The position numbers were made by a program, and so were the translations under genes. A DNA stretch of 64,000 nt, taken from assembly GCF_009914755.1 (NCBI RefSeq), contig NC_060934.1. One strand, written 5' to 3'. The DNA comes from the human T2T-CHM13v2.0 reference genome, Homo sapiens. Positions 43,001 to 58,534 of the stretch are shown here, piece after piece. The stretch's first letter is position 1; every line of letters begins with the position of its first letter. Under the pieces are notes generated by a model. It was not told where the DNA came from and searched no databases. It was given only the letters and a program-made list of their open reading frames with translations.

Positions 43001-46000
43001 TCTTTTCCAGTGTTTTTCTAGCCTCTATTTTATTTATTTCTCCTCTCTTCTTTATTATTTCCATTCTTCCATTAACTTTGGGCTTAGTCTGTTCTTGTTT
43101 TCCCAGTTCCTTGAGGTGCAATGCTAGGTTGTTTATTGGAGATCTTTCTTCTTTTTTGATATAGGTGTTTATTATTAAGAATTTCCTTCTTAAAGCTCTT
43201 TTTGCTATATGCCATAGGTTTTGGTATACTGTTTACATTTTCATTTGTCTTGAGAAGTTATTTAAATTTTCCTTTCAATTTGTTTGTTACCTCATTGGTT
43301 GTTTAGGAGCATGTTGTTTAATATACATATGTTAGTGATTTTTTTTTTCAAAGTTCCTCCTGCTATTGATTTTTAGTTTTATATCATTGTGGTCAGTAAA
43401 TATATCTAATAAGATTTTAGTCTTCTTAAATTTGTTAAAACTTCTTTTGTGGTATAACATGTTATCTATTTTGGAGAATGTTCTGTATGTAATTGAGAAG
43501 AATGTTTTCTGCGGCTATTGGATGGAACATTCTGTATATGTCTGTTAGGTTTGTTTACTCTAGAATGCTTAAGTCTGAAGTTTCCTTAATAATTTTCTAT
43601 ATGGATGATTTGTCTATTGCTGAAAGTGCAATGTTGAAGTTCCCTACTATTATGTATTGCAGTATGTTTCTCCCTTCAGATTGATTTTTGTTTGCTTTAT
43701 ATATTTAGCTACTTCAATATTGTCTGCATATATATTTACAATTTTCATATCTTCTTGCTGAATTGACTCCTTTGTCATTATATAATGATGTTCTTTATCT
43801 CTTTTTATACTTTCTTACTTAAAATCTATTTTGTCTGATATAAATATAGCCGCTTTTGCTCTCTTATGGTTTTCATTAGCATGGAATATCTTTTTTTTAT
43901 CACTTCACTTTCAGCCTATGTGTGTTCTTACAAGTGAAAGGAGTTTCATGTAGACAGCATATAACTGGGTCTTGGTTTTTTAAATTCATTCAGCCACCTT
44001 ATATATTTTAATTACAAATTTTAATTCATTTACATGTGAGGTAATTATCAATAGGGAAGGACTACGACTGTCATTTTATTAACCTTTTTATAGATCAGTT
44101 GTTCCTTTCTTCCTCTTCTGCTTTTTTTGTGGTTAAGTGATTTTCTCTAGTGGTATGTTTTGTTTTCTTTATTCTTTTTTTTTGTGTGTGTATCTACTAT
44201 AGGATTTTACTTTGTGATTACCATGAGGCATACAAAAAAGATCTATAGTTATAACAGGTTGTTTTAAGCTGATGATATCCTTCATGACAAAAACTTAGAA
44301 CTTTATATTTTTACTCCAAACTCTCCACACATTTTGAATTTTTGATCCCACAGTTTACATCATTTTATATGACATATCTCTTAAAAATTATTGTAACTAT
44401 TATTATTTTTAATGGTTTTGTGTTTCAACCTTCACACTAAAAAATATATAAGGTCTTTACATTCAACTATTACAATATTAGAGTATTCTGAATTTGACTG
44501 TCTACTTTTACCAGTGAATTTTATACTTTTGGATGTTTTTTGTATTTTAGTGTTCTTTTCTTTCAACTTGAAGAACTCTCTTCAGCATTTTTTTTAATAA
44601 GACAGGTATGATGGTGAGAAACTTCCTCAGCTTTGCCTGTCTGGAAAAATCTATCTTGCATTCATTTATGAAGAACAACTTTGCTTGGTACAGTATACTT
44701 GGTTGACAGTATTTTTTTCCTTTAGGACTCTGGATATTTTGTCTATCTCCTAAGATCTCTGCTGAGAAGTCTTCTGCCAGCCATATTGAAACTCTCATAC
44801 ATTATTTGCTTTTTCTTGCTGATTTCAGAATCCTCTTTTTGTGTTTGATTTTTGACAGTTTGATTATAATGGCTTAGATAGTCTTATTTGGATTGAATAT
44901 GATTAGAGATTTTGACCTTCCTGTATCTGGATATTTACATCTTTCTTTGGGTTTGAAAATTTTTCTACAATTTTTATATAAGTTTTCCTTTTATCTTTCT
45001 CTTCTCCTCCTTTAACTCCTGTGATTCAAAAATTTGTTCATTTGATCCTGTCCCATTAGTTCCATAACTTTCTTCATTCTTTTTTATTCACATTTTTTAC
45101 TGTATGTTTTTAAATAACCTGGTCTTGAGTTCACAAATTTTCCCTTCTGCCTGATAAATTCTGCTGTCTGTGCTCTTTATTGCACTTTTTATTTTGTTCA
45201 TTATACTTTTCAGCTTCAAAATGTCTGTGTGGATTTTTTACTATTTCAATCTCTCTATTGAATTTCTCATTCTGGTCACATATTTTTCCTTATTTAGTTG
45301 AAATATTTCTCTATATTTTCTTGAAGTTTGCTGAGCTTCCTAAAACAGTTATGTTAAACTCTTTGTCAGGCAGTTTATACATCTCCATTTCTTTAAGGTC
45401 AGACAGTCCCTGGCATCTTATTTCTTTGGTGATATTATGTCTCCATCATTGTTCTTGATTGTTGTGGTTGTGCATCAGTGGCTGCATAGATAGAACAGAA
45501 GAGGTAGATACTTATTTCAGCCTTCACAGACTAGTTTATTCTGGAAAATCCTTGCAATAGGCACACTGCTAGGGTACACCAGAAGCCCAGGGTAGTTACG
45601 ACTGTCACAGTGCTGCCAGAAGCACAACATCAGGGACAATGCTGGGGTAAGTCTGATTCCCAGGGTCACTGAGTCCTGCTGCTTAGAAGTTTTTAGAGCC
45701 CAGGGTCTCCTCTGACCACCAGGATCACCCCCCTGACGCCCACTGAGGAAACTGCAGCTACACACAGAAGGAAGCTCAAAAGCTACATTAAGCCCCACTA
45801 GAGAAAGAAATTGAAGATGCCAAGATGCGGCGTGAAGTCCCAATTTTGAGATCTTTTAATGTGAAAAGGAAGATGGTAACATGGAGGAAGGAATTACAGT
45901 CTGAATTTGAAGAAATTAAGTCTTTCTTGGAAAGGGAACAAGCCACAATTCATGACAGGCTACTTACTGAAGAGAAGGAGGCTGAAGAAAAACTCACTGA

Positions 46001-47330
46001 AAACCAAAGATAAATTTCAAAGCACTTATTTGTACTACAAAATCAGTTAAATGAAATAACAGAGAATTGTTTTCAGGCAGACTTGGATGTGCTGACAGGT
46101 ATTGAGAATATTTATAACACATATGAAAACCTGAAAACCCCTGCAATCTTCTTATATGAATCAAAGAAGGAGAGTTTGAGCCTCCCTCCACATTATTTTG
46201 GCCTGCAAGGAATGATGAGCACATTTCAGGAAGATTTGATGCTAGATCCAGAAACAACCCACCCTAGTCTTATTATCTCAAGAGATAGAAAAAGTGTGAT
46301 ACTAAGGATGACGAGGCCAAACTTTTTTGGCAATTCTCAGTCATTTAGTTTTTACCCAGCTGTCCATAGCTGTGAGGGATTTGATGCTAGGAGACACTTT
46401 TGGCAAGTAGAAGTGAGAGGCACAGGTGCATTGTTCCTTGGTGTGTGTAAAGAAACATTTCCCAGAGACAGTCTTATATCACCAGTTCCACAGATGGGGT
46501 GCTGGCAAATTCAGCCATTCTGTAGTTCATGCACTACAAGGAATACAGAAGTCCTGCAAGTTGCCATTTTTCTGGACTATGAGTTGGGAGAGGTTTCATT
46601 TTATAGTTTAAAAAACAGATCATATGTGTATACTTTCACTGATAAGTTTACAGAAAAGCTTATGCCTTATTTCTCTATTGAACCTTCTTCACAAGCTGTT
46701 ACAATTGGTATTGTCATAGACCAATGATGGGCTACTTAGAGAGCCCTTTGCATGGGGCTATCTTTTCTTCCTGTATTCTTGGAGGACATTTGTAATATAG
46801 ATTCTGATTTTTTTTTTAAAAAAGAATATTTTAGAGCCCAGGGCCACTGACGTTGACCTAGAAATGGTACAGGCCAGAGACTGAGTTTGCCAAGCAAGCA
46901 TGAAACCTAGAGCTTTTTGGTACTAGTAGGTGCCACGGTGAGTCTGAAAATTCTGTCTGTGGGTACTGAACTGGAATATAGGATTGTGGGTTTCTGCCAA
47001 GTGCCACATTTTACTGTGGAAGGCCAGCATTCTGTCCAAGACAAGTCCTGTGCTCACTTTTCTCTTTCCCCAGAGCAGATGTTATTGCTCTTCATACTGG
47101 GCTGCCTGGGGTTGGGAGAACAGTGACATGAATAATGTAAAACCATTCTTCCTACCATCTTCAATGCATCTTTCTTTATTGATGTTCTATAACTAGGTAC
47201 TAAAATCTCTCACCTCATTTAATTAGCTCTTGTGAAGGTATTTTTTAATGTGTGATTAGTTTTTTTAATTTATGCTTCTATGGAAAGATCATTGCTGGAG
47301 AATCCTACTCTGCCATCTTGCACTGTCCTC
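40035..47330 (-). mobile_element. Near full-length L1MA-type element (3'UTR, ORF2, ORF1, 5'UTR), ORFs disrupted, 5'UTR interrupted by the TRIM retrocopy
   Basis: Continuous antisense L1 from the 3'UTR ('tgatgttttgaagtatatatacatt...atctagctaattaacat') through RT-like ORF 42184-42408 and ORF1-like ORF 44547-44798 to the 5' start ('gccatcttg' at 47312-47320). Confidence 0.85.
45706..46822 (+). pseudogene. Processed pseudogene of a TRIM60/TRIM61/TRIM75-like gene: B-box tail, coiled-coil, B30.2 (PRYSPRY); RING missing
   Basis: Translation gives SSDHQDH/LTPTEETAATHRRKLKSYIKP (B-box end), a coiled-coil (ELQSEFEEIKSFLE) and B30.2 motifs LPPHYFGL, LDPETTHPSLIIS, RHFWQVEV, IFLDYELGEVSFY, LMPYF. Lesions are frameshifts in C-runs at about 45732 and 45794 plus TAA at 46011-46013. 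AATATA at 46794-46799 precedes a short A run. A 21-bp TSD lies at 45685-45705 / 46823-46843. Confidence 0.92.
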
Positions 47331-47575
47331 TAGATTAGACTTCTTTTATTTTATACAGGCAACTTCATAGTGGCCCTTAAGTCTCTCAGTCTTCTTAGCA
47401 TAGAGAACTTATTGTATATGACATGCTTACATATATATCTTGAATTATTGACTTGGGAGACTCATAACTGATTTTCTGTTTAAATTATTAGATATTTATC
47501 TCTCAAAAATTCACTATGGAATAGAAAAAGTCATAAAGCATTAGTAAAGAATATATATATTTTTAATTATCATAT

Positions 47576-48602
47576 TAACAAAGGTTTTCTCTTTAATCAC
47601 ACTCAGGCTCATATGAGCTCTCTTCTTGACTTGACCTCAACTTTAGCCTATAAAGAATGCAGACTTTCAGCATAAACAATTTCATCTACCCCATGCTCTA
47701 AGAGATGTTAACATACTCTAGCATGCCTCCATACAGCCCAAGGATGTGTGAAAGAAAAATAAAAACTTGGGACCCCAATTCACTATGCCAAAAGAAAAAA
47801 AATAAGCTAAGTCATGCAAGAAGTTGCCTTTCCTATTGTTCCTAAGCATATATCTACAGATAAAATATTAAATATCTCCACAGGTAGCTACTATACATTC
47901 ACCCTATCTAATGCAAAGTGCCAAGTTACTGAGTGCAAGATGAATATATAATTGACTATTCCCCCACCTTCTCCTTTTCTCATGCAATGTGTGAATTACT
48001 ATATGCTTCCTCTTCCACTCTAGCCCAGTTTTCCCCCTTTAAATACCAAAGCCCTGAAAGTTGACTTTGGAGAAAGGGACAGACCACAGACTTTCTGGGA
48101 TTCCATGTTTATTTTTTCCAGGCACATCCTTAACGGTGGCAAAATAAGCTTCTATGTTAATTACAACCTGTATCTCATACTTTTTGGTTTACAGATGTGT
48201 TTTGGGATGACCCAACCACTCCTCTTAAATTACTACCTGAGAAAGCTGAAGGCTGCTGAAAGAATTTAGTATTTGCTCTAGCCAACACCTGAAAAGGGAG
48301 ACCCTGTCTCCCAGTCACTGTGGGATGGTAGCAATGTATCTATGAAAAGCACCAGTTAGCAAACCCAGATGACCTAATCACACTGGCCAATCATACTCCC
48401 TGCTTTTCAGTTCTCTGACTTTGCTGGAACCCCACTTTTTCCTCTTTCCTACTCTGTCATTATCCCTTTATAATGCCACTCACCGCTACCAAAATAAAGT
48501 TAAGCTCAGTTTACATCAGACTTTCTTCCCTATTGCAGTAGTTATTGAGTAAAATCTGCCTTACAGTCTTTAACAAGTGTCCAGCTTTATTTATCTTTGA
48601 CA
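47576..48602 (+). mobile_element. ERV1 LTR, MER67/MER31-related, split by a MER4C-like LTR
   Basis: Start 'taacaaaggttttctctttaatcacactcaggctc'; 'cctgagaaagctgaaggctgc'; end 'ttatctttgaca'. Confidence 0.7.
47747..48193 (+). mobile_element. MER4C-like solo LTR with perfect 4-bp TSD GATG
   Basis: 'tgtgaaagaaaaataaaaacttgggaccccaattcactatgccaaaag' ... 'tttttggtttaca'; gatg at 47743-47746 and 48194-48197. Confidence 0.88.
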
Positions 48603-49260
48603 AAATACATCAAGATATACCATGTACATGAACTAGAAGATGCAGTATTATAGTGATGTCAATCCTGCCCAGTTTGTTCCCTAAATTCAGTGCAATCACA
48701 ATTAAGGTCTGAAAAGTCTGCAGGTATAACTTAACAATCAGATTCTAATTAACATAGAAAATGAAAAGTCCTAGAATAGCCATTATTATTTAAAATAGTA
48801 TAGAGGGACTCTGCAGTAAGAAAGAGAGTCCAATGTTAACTTTGATTCAAATAGAGGTAAAGGGGCATTCTAAAGGGAGAATGAAGGAGTAGAGAAGGGA
48901 AACAAGTGAGGTTTGAGCAGAGTCAGAGAACTGGAAGACCAGTAGGATGATTGGTCAATGTGATTAGGATATCTGGGTTTGCTAACTGGTGTTTTACAAA
49001 ACATCAGCTTTACTATAAAGTTACTATGATTAAGATGATGTGGTACTAGCACAGAGATACATGGTAAGACCAATGGAAGGGAAGGAAATCAAAATCAAAC
49101 ACATGTCTATAAATAAACTTGACATATAATTGGGATCATATTACCAATCATCGGGGGAATAATGGACTATTTAATATATTATTCTGAGACAATTGGTTAT
49201 CTACTTGAGAAAAAATTTGAACTAGATTTTAATTTGCCTTAATTTATAAAAATAAAACAT
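48603..49260 (+). mobile_element. Old L1ME ORF2 3' fragment, with an inverted LTR patch at 48811-48991
   Basis: 'gatgtcaatcctgccc...aaattcagtgcaatc', 'ctagaatagcc', 'actataaagttactatgattaagatgatgtggtact'. Confidence 0.7.
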
Positions 49261-49614
49261 AAAAGTTTAAAATACCATAATAATACATATTATTGTTTGT
49301 AATTCAAATATAGTATATAATTACAGCATAAAAAATGCATGGACTTAGGCCTATACAATTTCAGTTAAACATTTGGAAATAAATAATGCAAGGAAATGAT
49401 GTACAAATAAGGATACGATTTACTTCAGAGAAAAGTGAGTGAATGGTATTAGAGATGAGACACAGGAAGTTTTAATTTTGCCTTTTATAATTTATTTCTT
49501 AAAAAAATAAGCTGAGGTAAATTTGACAAGCAATTACAATATTTTTAAAGTCACTTTTCAATTTTCTATAACTCAGCACATTGGAATTATTCTTACTAAA
49601 TTGGGAAAAAAAGA

Positions 49615-49810
49615 ATTAACATTCATTGAGTTCTTACTCTGTGCCACTTGTGACACTAAAAGCCTTCATTTACAATTTTATATATTCCTCACAAATACTA
49701 TATAAAGTAGTCATCATTTAAGGTCAATTTATTTAAAAAGAAATTGAATTTCTAAAAGGTTAATTTCCCAAAGGTTTAAAAATCCAGTCATGTCTGATTC
49801 CAAAAGTACA
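49615..49810 (-). mobile_element. MIR SINE
   Basis: 'aacattcattgagttcttactctgtgcca...ttcctcacaa...tgtctgattccaaa'. Confidence 0.6.
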
Positions 49811-50130
49811 GAAGCATTTTGCTGAATCATAAATTTTTTAAATGTGTCTGTGAAGCAAAGCATGATAAACCCAAAACTCCTATTAGAGTTTATTTCTATA
49901 GTTCCCTTAAGCACTGATACAGCATGAAAATATCTAGTGTTTTCAATTGCCATGGCTTCTTAGTATAAATATTAATAGAATTATAAAAAATATTTGCTAA
50001 TATAATAAGAATTATATTGTGTGTTTGCCAAATGATATGAACGTTGTGACCCAGAGAATGGGAGTTATTTCTGAGTCATCTTCTGAAGTTATTTGCCATT
50101 TTCTTTTCAATGTGGTTAACATAAAACTTG

Positions 50131-52035
50131 CTATATTTGTCCATTCTCTCCTGCTATGAAGACATACCCAAGACTGGGTAATTTATAAGAAAGAGGTTTA
50201 ATTGACTCACAGTTCAGCACAGCTGGGGAGGACTCAGGAAACTTACAGTCACAGCAAAAGAAGAAGCAAACATATTCTTCTTCACATGGCAACAGGAAGG
50301 AGAAGAATGAGCAATGATGGTGGTGAGGAAGCCCCTTATAAAACCATCAGAACTTGTGAGAACTCACTATCATGAGTAGAGCATGCAGGTAACTGCAACC
50401 ATGATTCAATTACCTCCCACTGGGTCCCTCCCACGACACATGGGGAATATGGAAACTACAGTTCAAAATGATATTTGGGTGGGGACACAGCCAAACCATA
50501 TGATTTCACCATTGGCCCCTCCAAAATTTGATGTCCTCCATTTCAAAAGACAATAATGCCTTCCCATTCCATTCCAGCATTAACTCTTAAGTCCAAGTCC
50601 AAAATCTTATCTGAGACAGGGCACATCCCTTCCACCTATAAACATGTAATATCAAAAGCAAGTTAGTTACTTCTTAGATACAATGGGGATACAGGCATTG
50701 GGTAAATACATCCATTCCAAATAGGAGAAATTGACTGATACAAAGGAGCTACAGGCACCATGCAAGTCTAAAATCCAATAGGGCAGTCACTAACCTTAAT
50801 GTTCCAAAATGATTCCCTTTGACTTCACGTCTCACATCCAGATCATGCTGATCCAAAAGGTGGGCTAACATGGACTTGGGCAGCTCTCCCCCTGTGGCTT
50901 TGCAGGGTATATTCCCCCTCTCAACTGCTTTCACAGGCTGTTGCTGAGTGTCTATGGCTTTTCCAGGCATATGATACAAGCTGTCAGTGGATCTACCATT
51001 ATGGAGTTTGGAGGACAGTGACCCTCTTCTCACATCTCTACTAGGCCGTGTCCTAGTTGAGACTCTATGTGGGGGGCTATGACCCCACATTTCCTTTTCT
51101 CAATGCCCTAGCAGAGGTTCTTCATGAGGACTCCACTCATGCAGCAAACTTCTGCCTGGACATTCAGGCATTCCCATAAACCCTATGAAATCTAGGTGGA
51201 AGTTCCCAAACCTCAATTTTTGACGTTTTCATACCCACAGGACAAACACCATGTGAAAGCTGCCAAGGCTTGGGGCTTTCACCCTCTGAAGCCACAACCC
51301 AAGCTATACCTTGGCTCCTTTTAGTCATGGCTAGACTGGCTGGGATGCAGGGTCCCAAGTCCCAAGGCTGCACAGAGGATGGGGGGCTCTGAGGCTGGTC
51401 CAGGAAACCATTTTTTACTCTAAGACCTCTGGCCCTGTGATGGAAGGGGTTACTGTGAAGGTCTCTGACATACCCTGGACACATTTTCACCATTATCTTG
51501 GTGATTAACATTTGAATCCTCCTTACTTGTGCAAATTTCTTCAGCAGGCTTGGATTTCTAACCAGAAAATGAATTTTTCTTTTCTATGGCATTGTTAGGC
51601 CACAAATTTTCCAAACTTCAATACTCTGCTTTCTCTTGAATGCTTTGCCATTTACAAATTTTTTCCATCAGATACCCTAAATCATCTCTTTCCAGTTCAA
51701 AACTCCACAGATCTCTAGAGCAGGGAAAAAAATGCCACCAGTCTCTCTCCATAGCAAGAGCAACCTTTACTCCAGTTCCCAAGAAGTTTCTGATCTCCAT
51801 CTGAGACCACCTCAGCCTGGATTTCATGGTCCATATCACTATCAGCAGTTTGGTCAAAGCCATTCAACAAGTCTCTAGGAAGTTTAAACTTTCCCACATC
51901 TTCTTTTCTTCTGAGTTCTCCAAGTCTTTAGGAAGTTCCAAATTTTCCCACATTTTCCTGTCTTCTTCTGAATCCTCCAAACTGTTCAAAACTCTTCCTG
52001 TTACCCAGTTCCAATGTTGCTTCCACATATTCAGT
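50131..52035 (-). mobile_element. THE1 (C/D-like) MaLR: 3' LTR 50131-50503 plus internal region; 5' LTR absent
   Basis: LTR 'gacatacccaagactgggtaatttat...ggggacacagccaaaccata'; internal with the duplicated 'aagtctctaggaagtt...' block. Confidence 0.9.
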
Positions 52036-52044
52036 ATGGTTGAA

Positions 52045-55498
<3,454 letters not shown>

Positions 55499-55559
55499 TA
55501 TGATGTTAGCTGGTTATTTTGCTCATTAGTTGATGCAGTTTCTTCCTAGCCTTGATGGT

Positions 55560-56562
55560 CTTTACAATTTGGCATGTTTTTGCAGTGGCTGGTACCGGTC
55601 GTTTCTTTCCATGTTTAGTGCTTCCTTCGGGAGCTTTTGTAAGGCAGGCCTGGTGGTGACAAAAATCTCTCAGCATTTGCTTGTCTGTAAAGTATTTTAT
55701 TTCTCCTTCACTTATGAAGCTTAGTTTGGCTGGATATGAAATTCTCGGTTGAAAACTCTTTTCTTTAAGGATGTTGAATACTGGCCCCCACTCTCTTCTG
55801 GCTTGTAGCGTTTCCACTGAGAAATCCGCTGTTAGTCTGATGTGCTTCCCTTTGTGGGTAACCCGACCTTTCTCTCTGGTTGCCCTTAACATTTTTTCCT
55901 TCATTTCAACTTCGGTGAATCTGACAATTATGTGTCTTGGAGTTGCTCTTCTCGAGGAGTATCTTTGTGGTGTTCTCTGTATTTCCTGAATTTGAATGTT
56001 GGCCTGCCTTGCTAGGTTTGGTAAGTGCTCCTGGATAATATCCTGAACAGTATTTTCTAGCTTGGTTCCATTCTCCCCATCACTTTCAGGTACACCAATC
56101 AGACATAGATTTGGTTATTTCACATAGTCCCATATTTCTTGGAGGCTTTGTTCATTTCTTTTTACTCTTTTTTCTCTAAACTTCTCTTCTTACTTCATTT
56201 CATTCATTTGATCTTCAATCACTGATACCCTTTCTTCCACTTGATTGAATTGGCTACTGAAGCTTGTGCATGCATCACGTAGTTTTCAGCTCCATCAGGT
56301 CATTTAAGGTCCTCTCTATGCTGTTTATTCTAGTTAGCCATTCTTTTTTCAAGGTTTTTAGCTTCTTTGCGATGGGTTCAAACATTCTCCTTTAGCTCAG
56401 AGAAGTTTGTTACTATGAATCATCTGAAGCCTTCTTCTCTCAACTCATCAAAGTCATTCTCCGTCATGCTTTGTCCCATTGCTGGCAAGGAGCTGTGTTC
56501 CTTTGGAGAAGAGGTGCTCTGATTTTTAGAATTTTCAGCTTTTCTGCTCTGGTTTCTCCCCA
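55560..56562 (-). pseudogene. L1 ORF1p remnant, frameshifted
   Basis: KEKMLRATREKGRVTHKGKHIRLTADFSVETLQARREW...FQPRISYPAKLSF in ORF 55506-55904. Confidence 0.9.
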
Positions 56563-58039
56563 TCTTTGTGGTTTTATCTACCTTTGGTCTTTGATGATGG
56601 TGATGTACGGATGGGGTCTTGGTGTGGATGTCCTTTCTCTTTGTTAGTTTTCATTCTAGTCAGGACCTTCAGCTGCAGGTCTGCTGGAGTTTGCTGGAGC
56701 TCCACTCCAGACCCTTTTGCCTGGGTATCACCAGTGGAGGCTGCATAACAGCAAATATTGCAGAATGGCAAATATTGTTGCCTGATCCCTTCTCTGGAAG
56801 CTTCATCTCGGAGGGGCATCCAGCTGTATGAGGTGTCAGTCAGCCCCTACTGGGAAGTGTCTCCCAGTTAGGCTATTCGGGGGTCAGGGACCCACTTGAG
56901 GAGGCAGTCTGTCCATTCTCAGATCTCAAACTCCGTTCTGGGAGAACCACTACTCTCTTCAAAGCTGTCAGACCGGGACATTTAAGTCTGCAGAAGTTTC
57001 TGCTACCTTTTGTTCAGCTATGCCCTGCCCCCAGAGGTGGAGTCTACAGAGGCAGGCAGGCATCCTTGAACTTTGGCAGGCTCCACCCAGTTCAAGCTTC
57101 CTGGCTGCTTTGTTTACTTACTCAAGCCTCAGCAATGGTGGACGCCCCTCCCCGAGCCTCACTGCCACCTTGCAGTTCAATCTCAGACTGCTGTGCTAGC
57201 AGTGAGTGAGGTTCTGTGTGCGTGGCACCCTCCAAGCCAGGCACAGGATATAATCTTCTGGTATGCCATTTGCTAAGACCTTTGGAAAAGCACAGTATTA
57301 GGGTGGGAGTGTCCTGATTTTCTATGTACCATCTGTCACAGCTTCCCTTGGCTGGGGAAGGGAATTCCCTGACCCCTTGCCCTTCCCAGGTGAGGCAATG
57401 CCCCACCCTGCTTTGGCTCACACTCCCTGGGCTGCACCCACTGTCTGACAAGCCCCAGTGAGATGAACCAGGTACCTCAGTTGGAAATGCCAAAATCACC
57501 CATCTTCTGTGTCACTCACGCTGGGAGCTGTAGACTGGAGCTGTTCCTATTCAGCTATCTTCAGAATTTTTTTTTTGGACATTTTAATCTTTTCTGTGAA
57601 TTGCCCATTCAAATCCCTTATCTACTTATGAAATATGTATATTCAAAATTTTTATATTGATTTATGGCAGTTGTTTCTATACTCTGGATACCAATCTTTT
57701 GTCAGTTATAGATATCAGAACTGTTTTCACTAAGCCAATAAAATATTTGGCATTCTGTGTACCTAGCTAGAAGTTCTGTTACATTATCTTATTAAAATAA
57801 GCTGGGAAATGTAGAAATAGGGTGATATGATTGACAGATACATTCATTCCAGGTGTATCAGCAGCTTATTTGAAAACTAAAAATCTCACTTCTCTAGTCC
57901 TCTTTCTGGTAAAGACAAATGACCAATGTTGGATCCTTCTAAAATGTTCAATTTTTATGGTTTCCAACCCTCTGATGCCTCTTGCTTGACAGAATATACC
58001 ATCTCTAAATTTCTTTAAATTCTAAAATATGCTTCACTA

Positions 58040-58165
58040 TGGGAGGCAAATAACTTTACAGTCTTCTTAGCTGTTTTCTCACTTATAAAATAGAGGTACT
58101 GATATATATTTTACATAATCATTAGGAGGATTAAATGAGGCAATATGTGCTTTATGTAATACCTT
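58040..58165 (+). mobile_element. MIR SINE fragment
   Basis: 'gttttctcacttataaaatagagg...ggaggattaaatgag'. Confidence 0.6.
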
Positions 58166-58534
58166 GTGATTAACTGATAAAATACTAAAATAAAGCCCCA
58201 AATTTTAAATACTTCAACAATCTTGCAAAGAAATGGAAAAGAGAATTTGGTAAGGCCAGGGATAATATAGGGGCATAAGCTTATGAGAGTTAGCAAGCAC
58301 TGAAGCAGTTTAGATTATTGGACTACTTTCAGCTTCAGATGTCCTGAAGCTTCTGTAAATAAGACACTAAGTGCAAAGAAATGGGCTCACCCTAAGCATA
58401 AATTCTGGTCTGACACATCAACACATGAATTTGGTATCCAAAATAGTCTATGCCTTCAGAGAAAGGAAAACTAGTACAAATAAACTCAAATACAGATATT
58501 GCTTGCTTTTGCCTAAGAAACACTAGGACATGTA

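Noticed and set aside
46083-46727. 214-aa ORF as a functional TRIM gene
   Set aside because: The start is TTG. The upstream part has two frameshifts and a stop, the RING and most of the B-box are absent, and the TSD and A-tail show a truncated retrocopy. No gene symbol assigned because the exact paralogue cannot be fixed by eye.
51865-51985. ~50-bp direct repeat in THE1 internal regions (also near 61140-61225 and 63755-63860)
   Set aside because: Present in all three copies, so it is a subfamily consensus feature rather than a local novelty or CRISPR-like array.
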